Positions 33,992 to 48,769 of a stretch of 64,000 bases of DNA are shown here, one piece after another. This stretch comes from the human T2T-CHM13v2.0 reference genome, Homo sapiens. The DNA is taken from assembly GCF_009914755.1 (NCBI RefSeq), contig NC_060933.1; one strand, written 5' to 3'. The notes under the pieces were generated by a model. The model was not told the DNA's origin. It ran no database searches and worked only from the letters and a program-made list of their open reading frames with translations. A program made the translations under genes and the position numbers. Position 1 is the first letter of the stretch; each line of letters opens with the position of its first letter.

Positions 33992-36021
33992 TTCTCTCCT
34001 TCTATTTTTTATCTAGATACCCCCTTTGCTTCCTCTGCAAATGGCTACTCTGTCACCATTTCCCTTTTTTTAAAAAAATCTGCAGTTTAATTACATGTCT
34101 TTCTGTTCCTGATATGTAGAGACAAGCCAGTCTGGGTGCAAATCCTAATTTTTACCACTTCTTGCATGAATAGCTTTAAGAAAGTCATATAACTGTTGTC
34201 ATCCTCAGTTTGTTAGCATGCCAAATGGGGATAAAGATGCTTACTTTCTTAGATTAGGATGGAGAGGGAGTTAGATAGTGGAGGCAGACCACTGGCACAC
34301 AGTAGGGGCTTAATAAATGCTATTTCCCCACTCTGTGACTGCATGGCCCCAACTGCCCTCGTGGCCTTCAAATCCTCCCACCATACTGTGCCCATTGGCT
34401 TCTCCCTGTGTGCATAGACCATGCAAGGGAGGTTTCTTACCTCCCGTATTCTCCCCTTTAATCCATCCACCACACCATCCATGAGTGACAGATGTAAAAA
34501 CTCATTTCTGATCTCATCCCTTGCTAAGATAAGGAGCTTCAACATTTCCCAACACCTAATTTCTATCTCCTTAAGCCCTTTCTATCCTTCAAAGTCCAGC
34601 TAAAACTTCATTTCTTCTGGAAGCCTTCTCTGATCAGATCATCAACCAGTGTTTGCTAGTGCACTGAATTCCAGTAGGATTTCGGGCCCATAGGGGTCCC
34701 TTGGATATTCCCAAGCACTCACAGAATGCCAGGCTGTGTGCTGGCATATGCCCTCCATAGACTCTACTTGACCCCGAGCGGAGTGGTAGATGGACATTAC
34801 AGGGCATAAACAGGTGTGGAGTTAGCCTAAGCCTGAGTTTTCAGGGGAGCCAGACCTAACCAATGCTGAATGAACTTCCTTGGGAGGCAGTGACTTCCCA
34901 AACTGTGACCAGCCTTGATGGTCAGGGGCCCCCAATTCTGGGGCAAGGAGCTAGTTCAAGAGAAACATCCAGGGGTGGGGGCTGGGCCTGCAATTGGATA
35001 GGTAATAATTTTATCTTTGGTTGACACAGATAGAACTGAGATGTAGTTAAGTGGTCAGCAAACCTAACTAATAACCAAAATCTCCTGGAGAGGGTGCTTT
35101 GAAAAAAGAGACAGGTTCATGGACCCCAACCTTGAAGGACTTAATGAAACCCTTCTAAGTTATGAAGAGGAAGTGCATAATTTTTGGAATTCCCTGGGTG
35201 ATTTGATCATTAAGCAGATTTGAGAAGCACTGATAAAGCCAATTCACCTTGTTTCACAGGAAGGAAACTGATATCTCCACTATGTATTTTCTGTCGTCTC
35301 CAAGGATCCCCTATGTGTTATAGTCAAATATTTCAGCATTTGAGAAATTCATTGCATTTGTTACCCTAGAAGAATCAGAAAAGAGGGCAGTGTTTCCTCT
35401 CTTACCATCTGTATTCTTTCATGCACATACACTGTAGCAATTTCCCAGGTCCAGTTTCTGGCTAGGTATAGTTATGGAAGCCAGCGTGTAATGATGAATC
35501 TGTGTCTCAGGCACTGTGCAAATTGCTTGGCCTGCACTGCTTCACCAAGTCCTGTGGACTTCCTCTGAGAATTACTGTACTTATCCTTATTTTACAGATG
35601 AAATTGCAACAAAGAAGTTAACTAATTGGCCTAAGATTCCATGGCTAGCAAGTGGCAGAGCCAGAATTTAATTTCCAATGCATTTATCCCAAAAGCTGTT
35701 CTCATACATGCTCTATGATGCTTCTGAATTTTAGTACATGTATCTGAATGTCTGTTGTCCAGATCCAAGTTTTAACATGTAGCTTCACAGGTCATACATA
35801 GCCACTTCCTTACATTATACTTTTTCCCTAAGACATTTAAAATCGTCTTTCAAATAAATTATTTTTCTTGTTTCAAGAAAAAATCTTGTTTCTACAAGCA
35901 TATTTTAGTGTGTGTTTTGAGGGGAAGGTAAATTTATTTAAAAACATGCTTTTTGAACTTTCCTATAATATAATTAAGATCATACATCTTCCCACCCAGC
36001 CTCCCAGATGGGACATATAGA

Positions 36022-36200
36022 CTGGTATGCTGGTAAATATTTAACAACCAGCTCTCCAGGGGTGAGATGGGGGGAATAGAAAGCCTTGATTCTGTTTGCC
36101 AAATTCTATGGTGTAAATACTCCCACCATGGCTAATTTCAAGATACCAACATGATGTCAATAAATGTGGGATTGGGAAAAGATGCTTACCATCAGCTCTC
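36022..36200 (+). mobile_element. MER63-like hAT element
   Basis: gctggtaaatatttaacaaccagctctc...ggtgtaaatactcccaccatggctaatttcaagataccaac. Confidence 0.6.
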
Positions 36201-39200
36201 AGCAGAGAAATTGTAATATCTTTCCCTCTATCTTTTTCAATCTCTATTCTTGCTCACACATAAATCACATCAATTTTCCAGGTCCAATTTCTGTCTAAGC
36301 ATAATCATTAAAACCAACGTTTATGGAGTGATCTCTGTGTTTCTAGCACTGTGAAAATCACTTGATATAGTTTAATAATAGCATTTGTTGTATTTTAACA
36401 TCCGAGAATATACTGAATAGCATTTCCAAACATGTTGCTCTTTACTGACCGGTGTATAACCCACCAATCTTGATGAAGGCTGGTTGAAATATAGGTAAAG
36501 GAGTGACTCTGGACTTACGCACAGCTCAATGCTTGCCCTTGCTCTAGCACTGCGAGAGGTGTGACCTCGTTTAAAGCACTTAATCTCTCCTGGATCAGGA
36601 ACATATGTCTAAACATGCTGACAACACAGAACTGTTAGGACAATTAAATAATAGACCATATATAAAATACTGGGCACATTACAGGTGATCAATAAGTGTT
36701 AGCTATCGACCCCTGCTCCCTTCATGAATCATTTACATTTTATCAGTACACATTGCCTTCTTTCTTATACTCAAGTTATCTGCACTTGCTCTTCACTCAG
36801 AGCTCATATTCTTTGTTTCTTAGTTGTGTTATATACCCCCTATGATAACTTGTAATTTCTCTGTATTTGTGTGATTCTATTGTCATCCTTCAAGGCTTCC
36901 TTTCTAAGCCTCTAGGCTTTTCTCCTTTGTGTTACTACTTTTTTTCTTAGACTCTAACTTTCTCAGTTACGCTTTTCTCTTTCTTTTTGGATGTGTGCTC
37001 TATCACCAGTGGGACTCTTAATCTCAACTCTTTGCTTTTTCCTCCATTAATTTCTTAGAATACTCCTCCTCATTTCTCCTCTGTGGATTTCAGACAAAGC
37101 CGTCTTGACTGATGTGTGTTCTGTTTGCTTCTCTACACAAGAGCAGCCTTCGCTGTCCTCTTTATTTCTTGTATGTTGTACATTCCTGGCTTCTGCCTAC
37201 CCTCTCCTGCAACTCCCAAGTGCTCCCACTGCCTCAACCTAAAATCTTCTGCCTTTATTTTGCCATTTCTTCCCAAAGGACGTCCATATCCTTCTTCAGT
37301 CAGCCCATTATTTTTCTTTCTCTTTCATTTTTTTCCTGAAACTCCTCCAGCTGAGTATATTTTCCCTTTCATGATGCAAAAGACTCAGAGGCAATTTGTG
37401 TTGATATCTCTATTCACACCATAAGGGTAACATTTATTTTTGAGGCTGTGTAGCTCAGCTCTTGTCACTAAGGTGGAAAAACAAAACAAAACAAACACTT
37501 CTGTCTCCACACTGAAATCTCTTTAATGAGTCCCTGTACAGAATGACAGGGTGGGGCAGCGGATAGTACACAGACCTGACCTGGTTTTAGGTTCAACTGT
37601 CACAGCCATGTGATCTTTGAGCAAGGGAATTCACCTGCTTCAACCTCAGTTTTCCCATCAATAAAATGAAGCAGCAGTGCAGTATAGGGGCTTTGGAAAT
37701 GGACAGATCAGTGTCCAATTACTGGCTCATCTTACTAGCTATGCTATAAGAGCAATTGTAGGTCACCCACTTCCTCTCAATGACAAGAGCTTCTTCATCC
37801 ATGAAATAGGTAAATCTCAGCACTGAAGGGAGGATTCAGTAATATTGTGTGTGTAAAATAACCCATGGCTTAGTCCTTCATAAGCAATCAGGACTGGAAT
37901 TTATTATTATTGGGATACTATTAGCTTTCTTAGAAGTGGCATGGCCTCTTACATGTGTCTGACTTTGCTCATGCTGCTGTCTCTACCCAGAGCGTCCTTT
38001 CACTTCCTTCTAAAGTCTCTTCCATGCCTCTTTTTTGGCATCTTTTGCAAAGCCTTCTCAATCACCCCATTTCGCTGAATAGAATCAGGCACTCCCCACT
38101 GTCTGTTCTCAGAGGACTTTGTCCATGTTCTGTTTCTAGGTCTAATCACCTGATTTTGTAGCTGTCAGTTTATTTACAGGTGCACTTCCTACACTTCAGT
38201 CTGAACTATGAGCTTCTAGAGAGCTAGACTATGCCTTTTTTTCTCAATCTCTCAGCACCAGACACAATGCCTAACAAATAGTAGGTGCTCAATATATATT
38301 TGCTACTAAATGGAAGAATCGATGAGGACAAATGGTAGGTGCTCACTATCAGATTGTGATGAGTGAATGAATAAGGAAAAAACCCTGTTTCTATAATTAG
38401 GCCATATGGCAGGGGCATATGCACAGGCCATCCAGGGAACCCCAGTGTGTAGGACTAGGTCAAAATTGGCTCAGCAGCCAATTTTGTTTTTTTCTTCCTA
38501 CTTGTTTCCTAGAACAAAGTAGGTTGGGTTTTTTTTTTTTTTTTCTTTAACCTCTAGGGTTGAATGGCTCCAGATTAAAAAATAAGAACAATATAGGTCA
38601 GGAAGACTAGCAAGTCCGTAGAGCAATCTGTTTATTTGGCTCCCTTAAGCAGAAATTCCCAGACAATCTGAAGTTTTGACACCTTATCATCTTTCATTTT
38701 ATTTCCTCATATTTGCACTTATTTTCTCATGCTTATGAAAATGGCACAGGGAAACAATAAAGTATAATGTTTCTGTTTCAAGTGAACTAAAATTACAAAT
38801 GCTTCCCTACTCCCCTTTTCTTTGCTGACATTTTTGTGGGCAAGACTAACATCTACCTTATTACAATGTACCAGGCTTTTATCTGTTTCTGGGAACATGA
38901 TTTAATCTATGAAACACAACAGTTCAACTATTCACTCAATAAGCATTTATTGAATGCAAAGTATGTTCTAGGTATCACATGACATACCAAGAATAATAAA
39001 AAATGATGACTTGGAAGACAGTCCTAAAAGAGCAGTCAGGGATTGGAATTTCAGTCTGCACCACCACCCCGTATTAGCCCTGTAATTTGGGACATGTCAT
39101 GTGGACTCCCTGAGTCTCAGTTTGTGCATCTCAGAAATCAGCATGAAAAAGTTGCCTTCTCTCTATCTCACAGGGCTATTTTAAAGCTCAAATGAAATAG

Positions 39201-39776
39201 TGTACTCAAGAGCTTTGAAAACTGAAAAGTGTCATGGAATGGCACAGAATGACATTAAGGGTTTTGGGTTTTTATTTTTCACATTGGATATCATGAGACT
39301 CATTCTGAGGAAATTGGTATAAATCAAGCGTGAGACTAGAAAATGAAAGCTGGTAAAATGAGCCCTGAGATGATTCCTTGAGCTCCAACTCTGGTGCAAA
39401 TTAATCAGTTTGTCTCTGCTGTCTGGGACTCACTTTCCTTATCTTATAAAATGAGATAGCCAGAGAAGATAAGCTCAAAAGACCCTTCTAGCTCTGACAG
39501 TGTTCTTCTGTGGTTCTATGAAAATGACTTCTGTTGGGCTGAACTTTGTAGTAAGTTATGTTTAGAACTCCACACACCTGGAAAGGAAAGAGAGCAGGAC
39601 AAGATTGAGTTCTTTAGGTCTGGGAGCACAGTTGATGGATGAAGGACTCAAGAACAGACAAGTTCCAATCTAAGGGCAGAGAAGGCTGAGTTCTAGGGCC
39701 ACCTTTCCCTAAGCACCTTTCCCTTCATGGGTTCCTTATGGTCCATTAAAAAGAAAAAAAAAAAAAAGAAGAAGAA

Positions 39777-40155
<379 letters not shown>

Positions 40156-40342
40156 CTATATTTTTCTTTTAATATCAAAAATTTAAAACTTATTGTAGCC
40201 CTCTGAAAATATGGATTTTAGTCACTATGCCTACCATACCTAAAGGGTAAGTTGGCCTGTTAGATTCTCCTAAAAGTAATGGTACGTTTTACTCAAAGAA
40301 CATGTAGCCTGCCAGCCACTGAAGCTCTACTTTCTTCTAGAG

Positions 40343-40558
40343 CAGGGTTTCTCAGCCTCAACACTATTGACTTATGTGCTGGATAATTATTTGCTGTACA
40401 GGGCTGTCCTGTCCATTGTAGGATGTTTAAGAGCATTCCTGGACTCTGTTCACTGGATGCTGGTAGCATATCTGCCTTGATTGTGACAACCAAAAATGTT
40501 TCCAGACGTTGTGAGGCATCCCCTGGGAAGCAAAATAATCCTCATTTGAGAACCAGTA
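40343..40558 (+). mobile_element. MER20-like hAT-Charlie DNA transposon (second copy)
   Basis: cagggtttctcagcctcaacactattgac...tttgagaaccagt; TSD ttctagag (40335-40342) / ttctagaa (40559-40566). Confidence 0.85.
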
Positions 40559-43500
40559 TTCTAGAATATGTTTTCTAGATTATGTTCTACTTCATGCTGA
40601 GCTTTCATGAACTTCTGGGGCAAGGGCTTCTTATGATACACTTGGTAAAAACCAAAGTCCTTACATAGACCTATAGGCTCTCCCTCACCTTGCTCCATAT
40701 TCATTTTCTATATTCTTCCTGTCACCTATGTACCTCCAGCCTCAATGACCTCTTTGGTGTGCCTTGGACCTGCCAAGCACATTACTACTACCTAGGGCCT
40801 TTGAAATGGATCTTCCCGCTTTATGGAACATGCTTCCCTCAGATAATCCACTAGGATAACTCACTTACCTTTTTCAATCTTGCTTTTAATATTACCTTTA
40901 TAATGAGGCCTAGACACCCTTTTTAAGATTGCAATCCTGTCCCTTGACATTCCTCTTTTCCATTCTCTGTCCTTTTTCTCCATAGATTTTTACATGGATT
41001 TTTACCTATGAAAATGTTCCATAGCTTATCACCTTCTAACATACCAGATGATTGATATTATGTAATTATTTACATAATAAATTATTTATTATGTCTATCA
41101 TTTATTATCTTTCTCCCTCTGCTAGAATATAAACTCTACAAGGACAGGGATCTTTGTTTTGTTTATTTTGTTCGTGGATGTATCCACAACTATGACATAG
41201 TGGGTGTTCAATACATGTGCACTGGATTGAATTGAATTGAATTGAGGGAGCTCCCTCCGTCCAGGAACTTATTTCTTCTTCTGATCCCAAACTTGCATCT
41301 CTGTGTCTCCCTTGTTATGAGACCATTCCTTGAGACATGGTCCATGGACTGGTCCATGAGACCACAGAGACATAGTGGAGTTTTGTGTCTCTTCCTGACA
41401 CCCTTTCACCCTTTGTGAACATATTTCTGTTTGTTTGTACCCCTCTGTTTCCCTTTTGTCCCTGGGCTGCCTGGAACAGCAGAGGGGACACTTGGGTGCC
41501 TGCGTTTTGAAACAGCTGATTCTTCACTTTCTATAGCTGTTCTATCTGTGAAAAGGAAGGATTCAAAAGAGAATTGAAAAAACCACGACCTTGTCATCTT
41601 TATGGACACAAAGAATCACCGAGAGAACAGAGGAGCCCTTTTCAATCTTCTTGTAGGGAATTATTTACCACTGGAGCTGCTAAATACAAAGGCCAAGCTA
41701 CAGGGTTATTATGTCCTCCTCTCAAAGCCAGCTGGGGAGAGGCAGCCAAGGAGTCTTTGCAACCAGGGCTGGCATGTGGGGACACCAGGAGCCCACGTCT
41801 TGCCAGAGAGACAGCCCTCTCTGACCCAGTTTTAGCACAACATCGCCTGACACAGCACTGCAATCCGCAACTTTAATAACTTGGTGACACACAAAGCAGT
41901 TTTGATGCAAAGTGGAGCTGACAGAGCAGCAGAGGGAAGGCTCTGCTTCTCACTGAGCTGCGTGGGGAATCCACTCAAGGTGACTGCAACCTTCGCAGCC
42001 TAGCGACAGACAGTTTGAGTCTGCTCTTGCAAACAAGGAAGGCTGATTTGTTTTCCAGGAGGGCAGACACAGGGGTGGCAGACAGTGAGTGGAAGCTACT
42101 TGGAAGGACTGGTTGATACAGCCTGTCCCTTACACTTTTGCACTATGTCCTTAATATCCCTGCTCTTCATCATCCCTCCTGCCCCTGCCTTAATTCAGGC
42201 CTCCTTCACCTGGACTACTGTAGTAGCTGCATATTTTCTAGGCTTGTTTCCTCCACTCCATCTTGCTTATAGCCAATAGAGTAAACTTCCAAATGCATAT
42301 CAATAATCATGTCACTTTCCACATCAAATCCTTCCATGGTCCCCAATTCCTGCAGAAAAAAAAAAATGCAAAACACAGTTTTCTGTGCTCAGTCTGTAAG
42401 CTACAGTTTTAGCCTCTCCCACTCAGTTCTGCATATTCCTCATCTCTTCTGGCCACTGCCACCTCTATAACCTCAAACTCCAGTTTTCTCTCTGCAAATT
42501 ATTAAACACACATCATATTTTTCATTCCCTTATGTCCTGATATATTTACGCATGCAATGCCCACTTGAATGCTCCTACGCTGGGGGACTCTCTATCTCAC
42601 ATGACAGCCTTTTCTTATGTTGAACAGCTTTAAAGCTCTGCCTATGTTTTCTTATGAAACACAAACTCTGCTCCATAACTTTTATTTTCCCCCTGCACCT
42701 GTTCTCTGGAGTCCTGCAGAAAATGTTCTGTCCCAGGACTCTCTTCTGAGAAGTGAATTTAGAAAATCATATCTTTTGAGCTTCTTATTTGTGCCAGAAG
42801 TTCCAGAGTCCTTTAATCATTTTTTAAATGGTAAGGTTTCTCCCATCCCAGCCCTTCCATTTCCCCTTTCTGCACCTATCTCACGTATTCAAGATTTTCC
42901 TTCGAAGCAACAAGGGAAAGTTGAATATTGTGCGTTTGAAGGTAATCATAACAATTAGCAACATTAATAATAATATTAGCAACTTTTTTTTGCATGTGGA
43001 AATGGATGTCTTGATCTAGATTGTGAGATTCGAATTATTTGTACTAGACTATTACATCTATGGCAATAAGGGTACACGAAGTAAAACAGCCCCTTGTCTG
43101 CCAGTGTTCCGTAGTCTGGAGATGGGTGGTCGTTCTGAAGCGGCAATTACAACTTAGTGTAATTAATCGTGATGGATCTATTTGAGCATAAAAGAAGCAT
43201 CCGTAACCGAGCATGAGAAAACTGGAAGGAGGCAAGGAATTGAGAAAAGCACTGCAAAGAAATCACTGTCTACGTGGAGACTTGGGGGATAATAAGAATC
43301 ACTCAGGGGAAGGGAGTGGGCAAGGACATTCCAGGTGGCATGAACAGCAAGAGCAAAGACACAGAAATAAGCCAGCACAGAGCAGTCAGTGACCTCAAGG
43401 TTTTTTCCGGTTCCTTTCCCGGACAGTGTATATTAAGAGGTCGATCCTGTGTCCAAACTGCAGTTCAAATGGAGTTCCAGAGGGGAGAGATTACTGGGGC

Positions 43501-44340
43501 TTGAAATTGTCGGGACAATTTCCCTGGAGGTGGACGGTCCAGAGGTGGGCCTGGAAGGAAGAACACATTATGGATAGCAGAGAGGAGGGGAGATGGATAT
43601 TTATATGCAAATATGTCCGCACACATACATCTGCTTCATATGCATTTAAACCTTAAATTGACTTTCACTTGCCTTCCACTTTGGTTTCCATGGTAACCTT
43701 GGCCACTTATTTTTCTTTTAACCTCCTTTTCATTGTTTCAGAATGAGTTGGGCTGCGTGAGGGTTAACCAGTTGGGGGAAGAGAAGAGAATTTAAAGCAA
43801 TTATTTGGATTTGTTTTTTTTTTTTTTTTAAGAAAACTGCCAACTTTGCAATCTAATGCAAACTGTCTCTGGTATATTTGCCCTGAAGGATGCTGTAGGG
43901 AGAAACAGGAGCCAGAATCCTTTTCGTCCCCTCCTCCCTGACTTCTATTATTATCGTGCACTTACTGCTAATACAGCATCTAAACTTGCAATCTCGGTAA
44001 CTATGGCAATAAAATAGGTGAGATTCCCTTCCATTATGACTTGAATTGTTAGATCTTTGCAAAGAGCACGTGCGTTTGCACAGGGGAGGAGGAAGATGCA
44101 CTCTGGGGGAAAATAGTTATTTCAAGTCCCCGTGGGGAGTTGTCTATCAGTCCACATCCACATGGAGAATTATCACTGTCCCAGTGTCAGAGGATGCAGA
44201 AATAGGGTTGCAGCCTGGCGGTTGCAGTGCACATTCAGAGCTAGCAAAACATGCCTGTGACAGCCTGTAGAGCGTGAAGGCCAAGGTTGCACTCATCCTA
44301 AAATGATGGCAGGGAGGAGGCAAGAGAGGAGGATCTAATC

Positions 44341-44678
44341 CAGGGGCCAGCAAACTTTCTCTGTAAAGGGCCAAAGAGTAAATATTTTAGCCTTTGAGGA
44401 CCACATGGTCTCTGTTGAAACTATTCAACTCTGCTGTTGCAGCAAAAAAACAGCTACAGACAAAATGTAAATGACTGGGCAGCCAGTGTTCCAATAAATT
44501 TTATTTACGGACACTGATGACTGAATGTGGAATACTTTTTGCCTGTCGTGAAATTGTGTTCTTCTTTTGATTTTTTCTCTCAACCCTTAAAAAATGTAAA
44601 AGACCTTGTCGTTCATGCGCTGCACAGAAACAGGTGGTGAGCTGGATTTGGCCTGTAGGCCATAGTTTGCAATTCCTC
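44341..44678 (+). mobile_element. MER58B-like hAT-Charlie element
   Basis: caggggccagcaaactttctctgtaaagggcca...ggatttggcctgtaggccatagtttgc; TSD atctaatc/gtttaatc. Confidence 0.8.
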
Positions 44679-47334
44679 GTTTAATCTATGCAACCAACTG
44701 TGCATGCTACACTGGTCGATTTTCTTATTATTATTACCTCTGTTAGTTTATCATTATTACTACATTATTGCTACATCAGTAGCATTAAATACTGCTACTG
44801 TTGTTGACAGTGATTTTTATCATTTATTGTGTGTCAAGTACTATATTAAGCACTAAATATATCACCTTATTTAGTCAACACCAAAAGCTATTTGATAAAT
44901 AAGAAAAACAAGGCTCACAGATTGAGTTGTTCAAGGTCATGTAGCTAGTAAGAATGGGTGACATTTAAATCCAGGGTCTTTCTGATTCTTACAGACAAAG
45001 TATGGCTTTTCTTCTCATCAACTATCAAACCTTCTGACCTGGGAGAGTCTCTATGTCCACCAGGTTCTCAAGCCCTATTCTCAGAGGGCTGGGCCATGAA
45101 ATCTAATGGTCCACCTGTGGGATAGGTCCCAGGACTTTCAAGAACTTTCCTGTTGCAATGATTGCAATGATCCAATGTCCACAAGAATTCACATGGAACG
45201 GACTTATGCTAGCCTAACTCGCAGGCCTCCTGGTAAACCCTGTTGGTCCTAGCCTCTGACTTGCCCTTTGCCTTGGACTACATAGGGCCACATTCTCATT
45301 CACTGTCTCCTGACTACAGCTGTTCCCTTAGCATTCCAGCCTGCCTCTGCTACCTCTCCGGCTTGCCTTGCCTTTGCCTCCTCCTTGCCTTTGCTGATCT
45401 GCATAGATGCTGACAGTTTAGCCCCACGGTCCATAGACATTTTTCAACGTCCCGCTATTCTCAAGCTCCAACTCCCCATCTCCCACCTGCTCAAGGCTCT
45501 TTAAGGAGAAGTTCTGGGAACTTGAGAGCTCAGTGGGGAGACAAAAATGCTCCAACGCTCTAGGGAGAGAATCACTGTCTTCTAATCTCCAAGGAAGCAG
45601 GAGATTTTAATTATTCAGCAGATTCACGGAGGGAAAAACTAGGAACCATGAGTAGAATTTATGAAGTGGCCGATTTCTCTCATACATGTCTTATTCTAGG
45701 TCACTAAATATACCTTCTGCCACGCGCAACTGTGATACCATAGAGAGAAGACTGCCTGGGGATCTAGGGTTCTGGATTCAGGGTTTTAGTCTCTTCAATT
45801 TTAATAGTTGAGCCCACTGTCCCATTACTCTTTCAGCTTGAGCAAAGTGACTCTATGACTGTGAAAGGTGAAGTTTGGCTGCAGCTGGCCTTGATTTTCT
45901 AGGCAGGTTGTGTGACCTTGGAAAAATCAGATTCCCTTCTCTGGGCCCTGCTTTTCCCATCTGTGTGGAGAAATCCTCTCCAGCTCCAGAGACTGCCGAC
46001 TACAGCCCTTTCTGCTCATCTCCTGAGGAACAGGCACATCTGGTTCTTTGGATCCATTACTGTGAAAACTTTTAAGAGATTTTCGCTCCCTCTCAGTCCC
46101 TTGGAATTACTACAGCTCTTTCTCTGGAAAGAGCATTAGCCAGGACCTGTGCTAAGCAAATGCATTCAGCTTCTCCCTATCTGATTTCTCTTCTTCTCAT
46201 TTGTCAGCAGAGGAGAAACCTCCCAGCTATTAATCAAACTCCTGGCTGTGGATAGCTTTAATTGCAGAAGCCATTGCTGGATGAGGAATGAACTTTTCCA
46301 AAGAAAGCCGGCTGCTTCGCACAGAAGAGAAACAATTAATTACCTGCTTCTCTAGTCCCCAACAGGGATGCAGATGAACTAACGATATTGCTGCTGGCAC
46401 TGAATTCTCCCTTCCCAAGGTGGAAGAGAGCTAATACAAACTCAGACAGCATTCATAAAGCTAGAATGCTCAAGTAGAAGTTTAGCTATAAGGCTCTGGT
46501 GGGACCAAAAGTCAGCCTCTGTATGGCATGTTTACTTTAAGGTGGAGACTGACAAGCTCTATACTTTATCCAGGGGAGTGTTTGGGATATGGCTAAAAGC
46601 CATATTCTCTGAGGAAGAATCTAGCGTAACAGAGATGTTGAATAAAGTCAGGGAATGGGTGCAATTTTTTAAAGAAGAGTCGGAATTAAAGAGATCAGAT
46701 TTATTTTGTGTATCCTAATGGGCAGAATTAGAATTGTGGGTGGAATTTACAGTTTAATATAAAAAGATGTATCTGGGACTTGGGATTGTATGCCTATGGA
46801 AAGGGATGCTTTTTCAAATGTAGTTAGTCTCTTGTCTCTAGAGATATTCAAAAACCATTGAGGATGTTGTTAGAAAAGTCTTTGTATTAGATGGGAGGTT
46901 TATTAAAATAATATTGGATAAGTAACTTCCCATCCTTAGGGTCCTTGTCTTGCTATTATCTTTGGCTTGCTTCAAAGATTTACATCTGGTAGATGACATA
47001 GAAGGAGTGGGTGGGAGGAAGGCAAACTGGCCCCAAGATTAAAGTCTGTTTGAAGTAAAGGCCATGTATTGGAAAGCTATGGGAGCTAACATTGGAATAC
47101 TTTTTTTTTTTTAAATCTTTAATTGCCACAGAGATATGACAGTTATGACATTCTCTTTGGAACTTGGTGCTAGAATCTATGTTGTTTTTCTCTATATCCA
47201 CAGTAAGCTAACAGATAGATACCTGGCATAGGGAAAATGTTAAATCAGGTTTGAAAACCTTTGGATTGAGTAAAATTTAAACTTGCAGTTCTGGTATGAG
47301 TCCTGGGAAGCAATGTTTTACGGTCATAAAGAGA

Positions 47335-47520
47335 ATGAACCTGAATTAGACTTCCCTTAGCCTAGAGCTTAACTCCTTATTTACTAGGTAAGTAAATTTG
47401 GGCAGGTGGCAGGACCTAAATGCCTCAGTTTCCTCATCTGTAAAATGAAGCTACTTTCATATACCCCATGGAACTGTCATGAAGACTTAACGAGGTTATA
47501 AATGCAAAGTGTTTGCAACA
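47335..47520. mobile_element. MIR SINE
   Basis: Core tgcctcagtttcctcatctgtaaaatg. Confidence 0.7.
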
Positions 47521-48769
47521 GGGATTATAGCAGGTTATTTTTTCAGTACTTAAAATGTGCCAGTAACTGTTCTGTGCATCTCACACATATTATTAATTTT
47601 AATTCTCATATGATACTAAAGAACTGAGAAGTTAACTGATGTACCTAAGGTTACACAGTGAGGAAATGGTAGCACTAGGACTCTGAGCCAATGCTGTTGA
47701 TCACTGTTCACCTAAGCTTTGATCAGCATTGGTCATCATTTGTGTTTTACTGTCACTCCATCCTTTCTCTCAATAAATGCTAGCTTCTACTCTTTGCTCT
47801 CATTCCTACCTTGGCTATAGGTATGACTGCATGTACTACCTCTCTACTGAGTTCGCAGAGCTCTGAGATCAACCTTGTTTGATTTCATAGTACTTTCTCT
47901 GTCAAGCCCTGTATGGCCTTTGCATTTAATAGATGCTGTTCATATACTGGGTGATAAATGAAATAAATGATTCTCCCTTATTTAACGGAGACATGCTGTA
48001 TGGACAGTGGGACAGTGGATCTGTGCTGAGGCTCCAATTTCTTTAAAGCACTGGATTAAAACCTTTCCTTGGTCAACTTTTTTCTTTTTCTTTCTTTATC
48101 TCATTTGTTGGTTTATCTATTTACTTATTTATTTACAGGCAGAATGGCATGTTGAAGAACACCAGAGCTGTATTTGAATAATCCAGTCCTCAGCACTACA
48201 GGGGGTGTTAGCTTGGATAAGTCATCTAACCTCTCTGGACTTTGGTTTTCCCATCTGTGATGTAAATAAATGAAAACCTGTTTTTGAAGATTCATCAATG
48301 ACGTTGAGGAAGCTAATTATCTGGGGAACCTTTGGGGATGAATACTTTTCACATTTACTTGTCAATCTGCAAAACTCCCAAGGAGGAAATATGTGGTTTA
48401 TTCTAACAAACCACTACAGTTCTTGTCAGCGACTGCCCCTTTTAATTCCCCTGGTTTGGGTTTATTTCAGTTCCTGGTAAGCCCAAGACTTCCATCTTTC
48501 ACTGAATTATCTTTCACTGAAGTCAGAATGTAGTGGATCAGGTATGGGTGGAGAAGTGCTTAATGTCTTTATCGTTATCTTCAGTTACTTGAGCTATTTT
48601 AAAAATTATCTTTATTTTTTTTCTTTGCTTGAAGCATTTTTCAGTCTTTTTTTCTTTTCTTTTCTTATCTTTGCTGTCCTTTCTTCTCTGGCGTCTATCA
48701 GGCTCTCTCAACAGTTTCAAATGGAAAACTTTGAAGTAAGTGAACTTAAAAGAAGAACTGAAAAGTCAG

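Noticed and set aside
47688-47732. Imperfect hairpin ccaatgctg...cagcattgg as a possible pre-miRNA
   Set aside because: Stem only ~13 bp with a bulge; too short for a Drosha substrate.
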